From assembly GCF_003334305.1 (NCBI RefSeq), contig NZ_QOWS01000070.1: a DNA stretch of 758 nucleotides; one strand, given 5' to 3'. The translations under genes were made by a program, and so were the position numbers. Shown piece by piece: positions 1 to 758 of the stretch. A model generated the notes under the pieces. The model was not told where the DNA came from, made no database searches, and saw only the letters and a list, made by a program, of their open reading frames with translations. The DNA comes from Escherichia coli. Its GTDB lineage: Bacteria > Pseudomonadota > Gammaproteobacteria > Enterobacterales > Enterobacteriaceae. Every line of letters starts with the position of its first letter. The first letter of the stretch is position 1.

Positions 1-758
1 ATCCCGACGGGTGTGATACGGACGGACGACGAGCGGACCCACCACTACCACTACGACAGCCAGCACCGCCTGGTGTTCCACACGCGGATACAGCATGGCG
101 AGCCACTGGTCGAGAGCCGCTACCTCTACGACCCGCTGGGACGGCGAATGGCGAAACGGGTATGGCGGCGGGAGCGTGACCTGACGGGGTGGATGTCGCT
201 GTCGCGTAAACCGGAGGAGACATGGTACGGCTGGGACGGCGACAGGCTGACGACGGTACAGACCGACACCACGCGTATCCAGACGGTATACCAGCCGGGG
301 AGCTTCACGCCGCTCATCCGGGTCGAGACAGAGAACGGCGAGCGGGAGAAAGCGCAGCGCCGCAGCCTGGCGGAGAAGTTACAGCAGGAAGGGAGCGAAG
401 ACGGTCACGGTGTGGTGTTCCCGGCTGAACTGGTGGGGCTGCTGGACAGGCTGGAGGGGGAAATCCGGGCAAACTGCGTGAGCAGTGAAAGCCGCCAGTG
501 GCTTGCGCAGTGCGGGCTGACGGTGGAGCGGCTGGCGGCACAGATAGAGCCGGTTTATTTGCCTGAGCGAAAAATACATCTTTATCACTGTGACCACCGG
601 GGCCTGCCGCTGGCGCTTATCAGTGAAGACGGCAATACGGCGTGGAGCGCGGAATATGATGAATGGGGCAACCAGCTTAATGAGGAGAACCCGCATCACC
701 TGCACCAGCCGTACCGGCTGCCGGGGCAGCAGTATGATAAGGAGTCGGGGCTGTACTA
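1..758 (+). CDS. Rhs-family polymorphic toxin protein, conserved core (YD-repeat) region; internal fragment, partial at both ends (RhsA-D-like; paralogue cannot be assigned from this window)
   Basis: Seen in sequence: frame +1 is open across all 252 complete codons with no stop. The translation contains repeated YD-type motifs ([29 protein letters not shown]) and the characteristic end-of-core block [31 protein letters not shown] followed by [18 protein letters not shown]. From memory this closely matches E. coli RhsA/B/C core sequence just upstream of the core/toxin junction; no database search was possible. Codon usage is strongly GC3-biased (ctg, ccg, cgg, ggc), consistent with a real reading frame. 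The ORF track missed it only because the fragment has no in-window start codon. Confidence 0.93.
   Translation, partial: MPTGVIRTDDERTHHYHYDSQHRLVFHTRIQHGEPLVESRYLYDPLGRRMAKRVWRRERDLTGWMSLSRKPEETWYGWDGDRLTTVQTDTTRIQTVYQPGSFTPLIRVETENGEREKAQRRSLAEKLQQEGSEDGHGVVFPAELVGLLDRLEGEIRANCVSSESRQWLAQCGLTVERLAAQIEPVYLPERKIHLYHCDHRGLPLALISEDGNTAWSAEYDEWGNQLNEENPHHLHQPYRLPGQQYDKESGLY
46..75 (+). repeat. YD-repeat unit (protein-level) within Rhs core: [10 protein letters not shown]
   Basis: Translated frame +1; matches the Y-x-YD-x-x-x-R-L pattern of Rhs/YD repeats. Confidence 0.6.
121..159 (+). repeat. YD-repeat unit (protein-level): [13 protein letters not shown]
   Basis: Translated frame +1; a near-canonical YD repeat (Y-x-YD-x-x-G-R) as found in Rhs, teneurin and TcC-type proteins. 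Confidence 0.7.
223..255 (+). repeat. Degenerate YD-like repeat unit (protein-level): [11 protein letters not shown]
   Basis: Translated frame +1; a W-D-G-D-R-L variant of the YD/GR-L repeat pattern, which is commonly degenerate within Rhs cores. Confidence 0.5.
583..672 (+). other. Conserved Rhs end-of-core motif block: [30 protein letters not shown]
   Basis: Translated frame +1; the Y-H-x-D-H-x-G-x-P ... W ... YD-x-W-G pattern is the hallmark conserved block near the C-terminal end of Rhs/YD-repeat shells. Confidence 0.8.
706..758 (+). repeat. Final YD-repeat of the core (truncated by window end): [18 protein letters not shown]
   Basis: Translated frame +1; the R-x-P-G-Q-x-YD-x-E-x-G-L-x-Y pattern, which in Rhs proteins immediately precedes the RYYDP...DPxGL core/toxin junction. 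The window ends inside this unit. Confidence 0.75.

Noticed and set aside
126-317. 63-aa minus-strand ORF from the supplied track
   Set aside because: It lies antisense to and entirely within the Rhs frame +1 coding sequence. Its translation is Arg/Ser/Val/Pro-rich low-complexity sequence typical of a shadow ORF on the opposite strand of a GC-rich gene, with no recognisable motifs.
222-428. 68-aa plus-strand ORF in frame +3 from the supplied track
   Set aside because: It is out of frame with the strongly supported Rhs reading frame. Its translation is Arg/Gly/Ala/Pro-rich ([12 protein letters not shown]..., [15 protein letters not shown]...) as expected from frame-shifted reading of GC-rich codons. 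Overlapping genes are not needed to explain it.
314-541. 75-aa minus-strand ORF from the supplied track
   Set aside because: Antisense shadow ORF inside the Rhs CDS. The product is Pro/Ala/Arg-rich low-complexity sequence with no identifiable domain signature.
553-585. Local AT-rich patch (gtttatttgcctgagcgaaaaatacatctttatcac) that superficially resembles promoter-like sequence
   Set aside because: It sits in frame within the conserved coding sequence ([13 protein letters not shown]) with no intergenic context. I see no convincing -35/-10 pair with proper spacing, and an internal promoter cannot be supported from sequence alone.
379-705. 108-aa minus-strand ORF, the longest in the supplied track
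   Set aside because: Antisense to the conserved YHCDHRGLP...YDEWGN block of the Rhs core. Its length reflects the scarcity of stop codons in GC-rich DNA rather than coding potential, and frame +1 on the plus strand explains the region fully.
1-758. Possibility of RNA genes, CRISPR repeats, terminators or mobile-element ends
   Set aside because: I found no direct or inverted repeats of meaningful length, no GC-rich stem-loop followed by a T-run, and no tRNA-like structure. The continuous open frame with clear protein motifs accounts for the whole window.

Overview
The whole 758-bp window is an internal fragment of one gene on the + strand: frame +1 (codons starting at position 1) is open from 1 to 758 with no stop codon and no evident start, and it translates to a YD-repeat protein that I recognise as the conserved core of an enterobacterial Rhs (rearrangement hotspot) polymorphic-toxin protein. 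The translation reads [252 protein letters not shown]. The window covers the last part of the Rhs core and stops just short of the expected core/toxin junction (the DPxGL-type motif), so the variable C-terminal toxin domain and its immunity gene, which are the parts most likely to be novel, are not in this window. The four ATG-initiated ORFs in the supplied track are all off-frame or antisense to this reading frame and I interpret them as shadow ORFs of a GC-rich gene. I see no RNA genes, CRISPR repeats, promoters or terminators; there is no intergenic DNA here.
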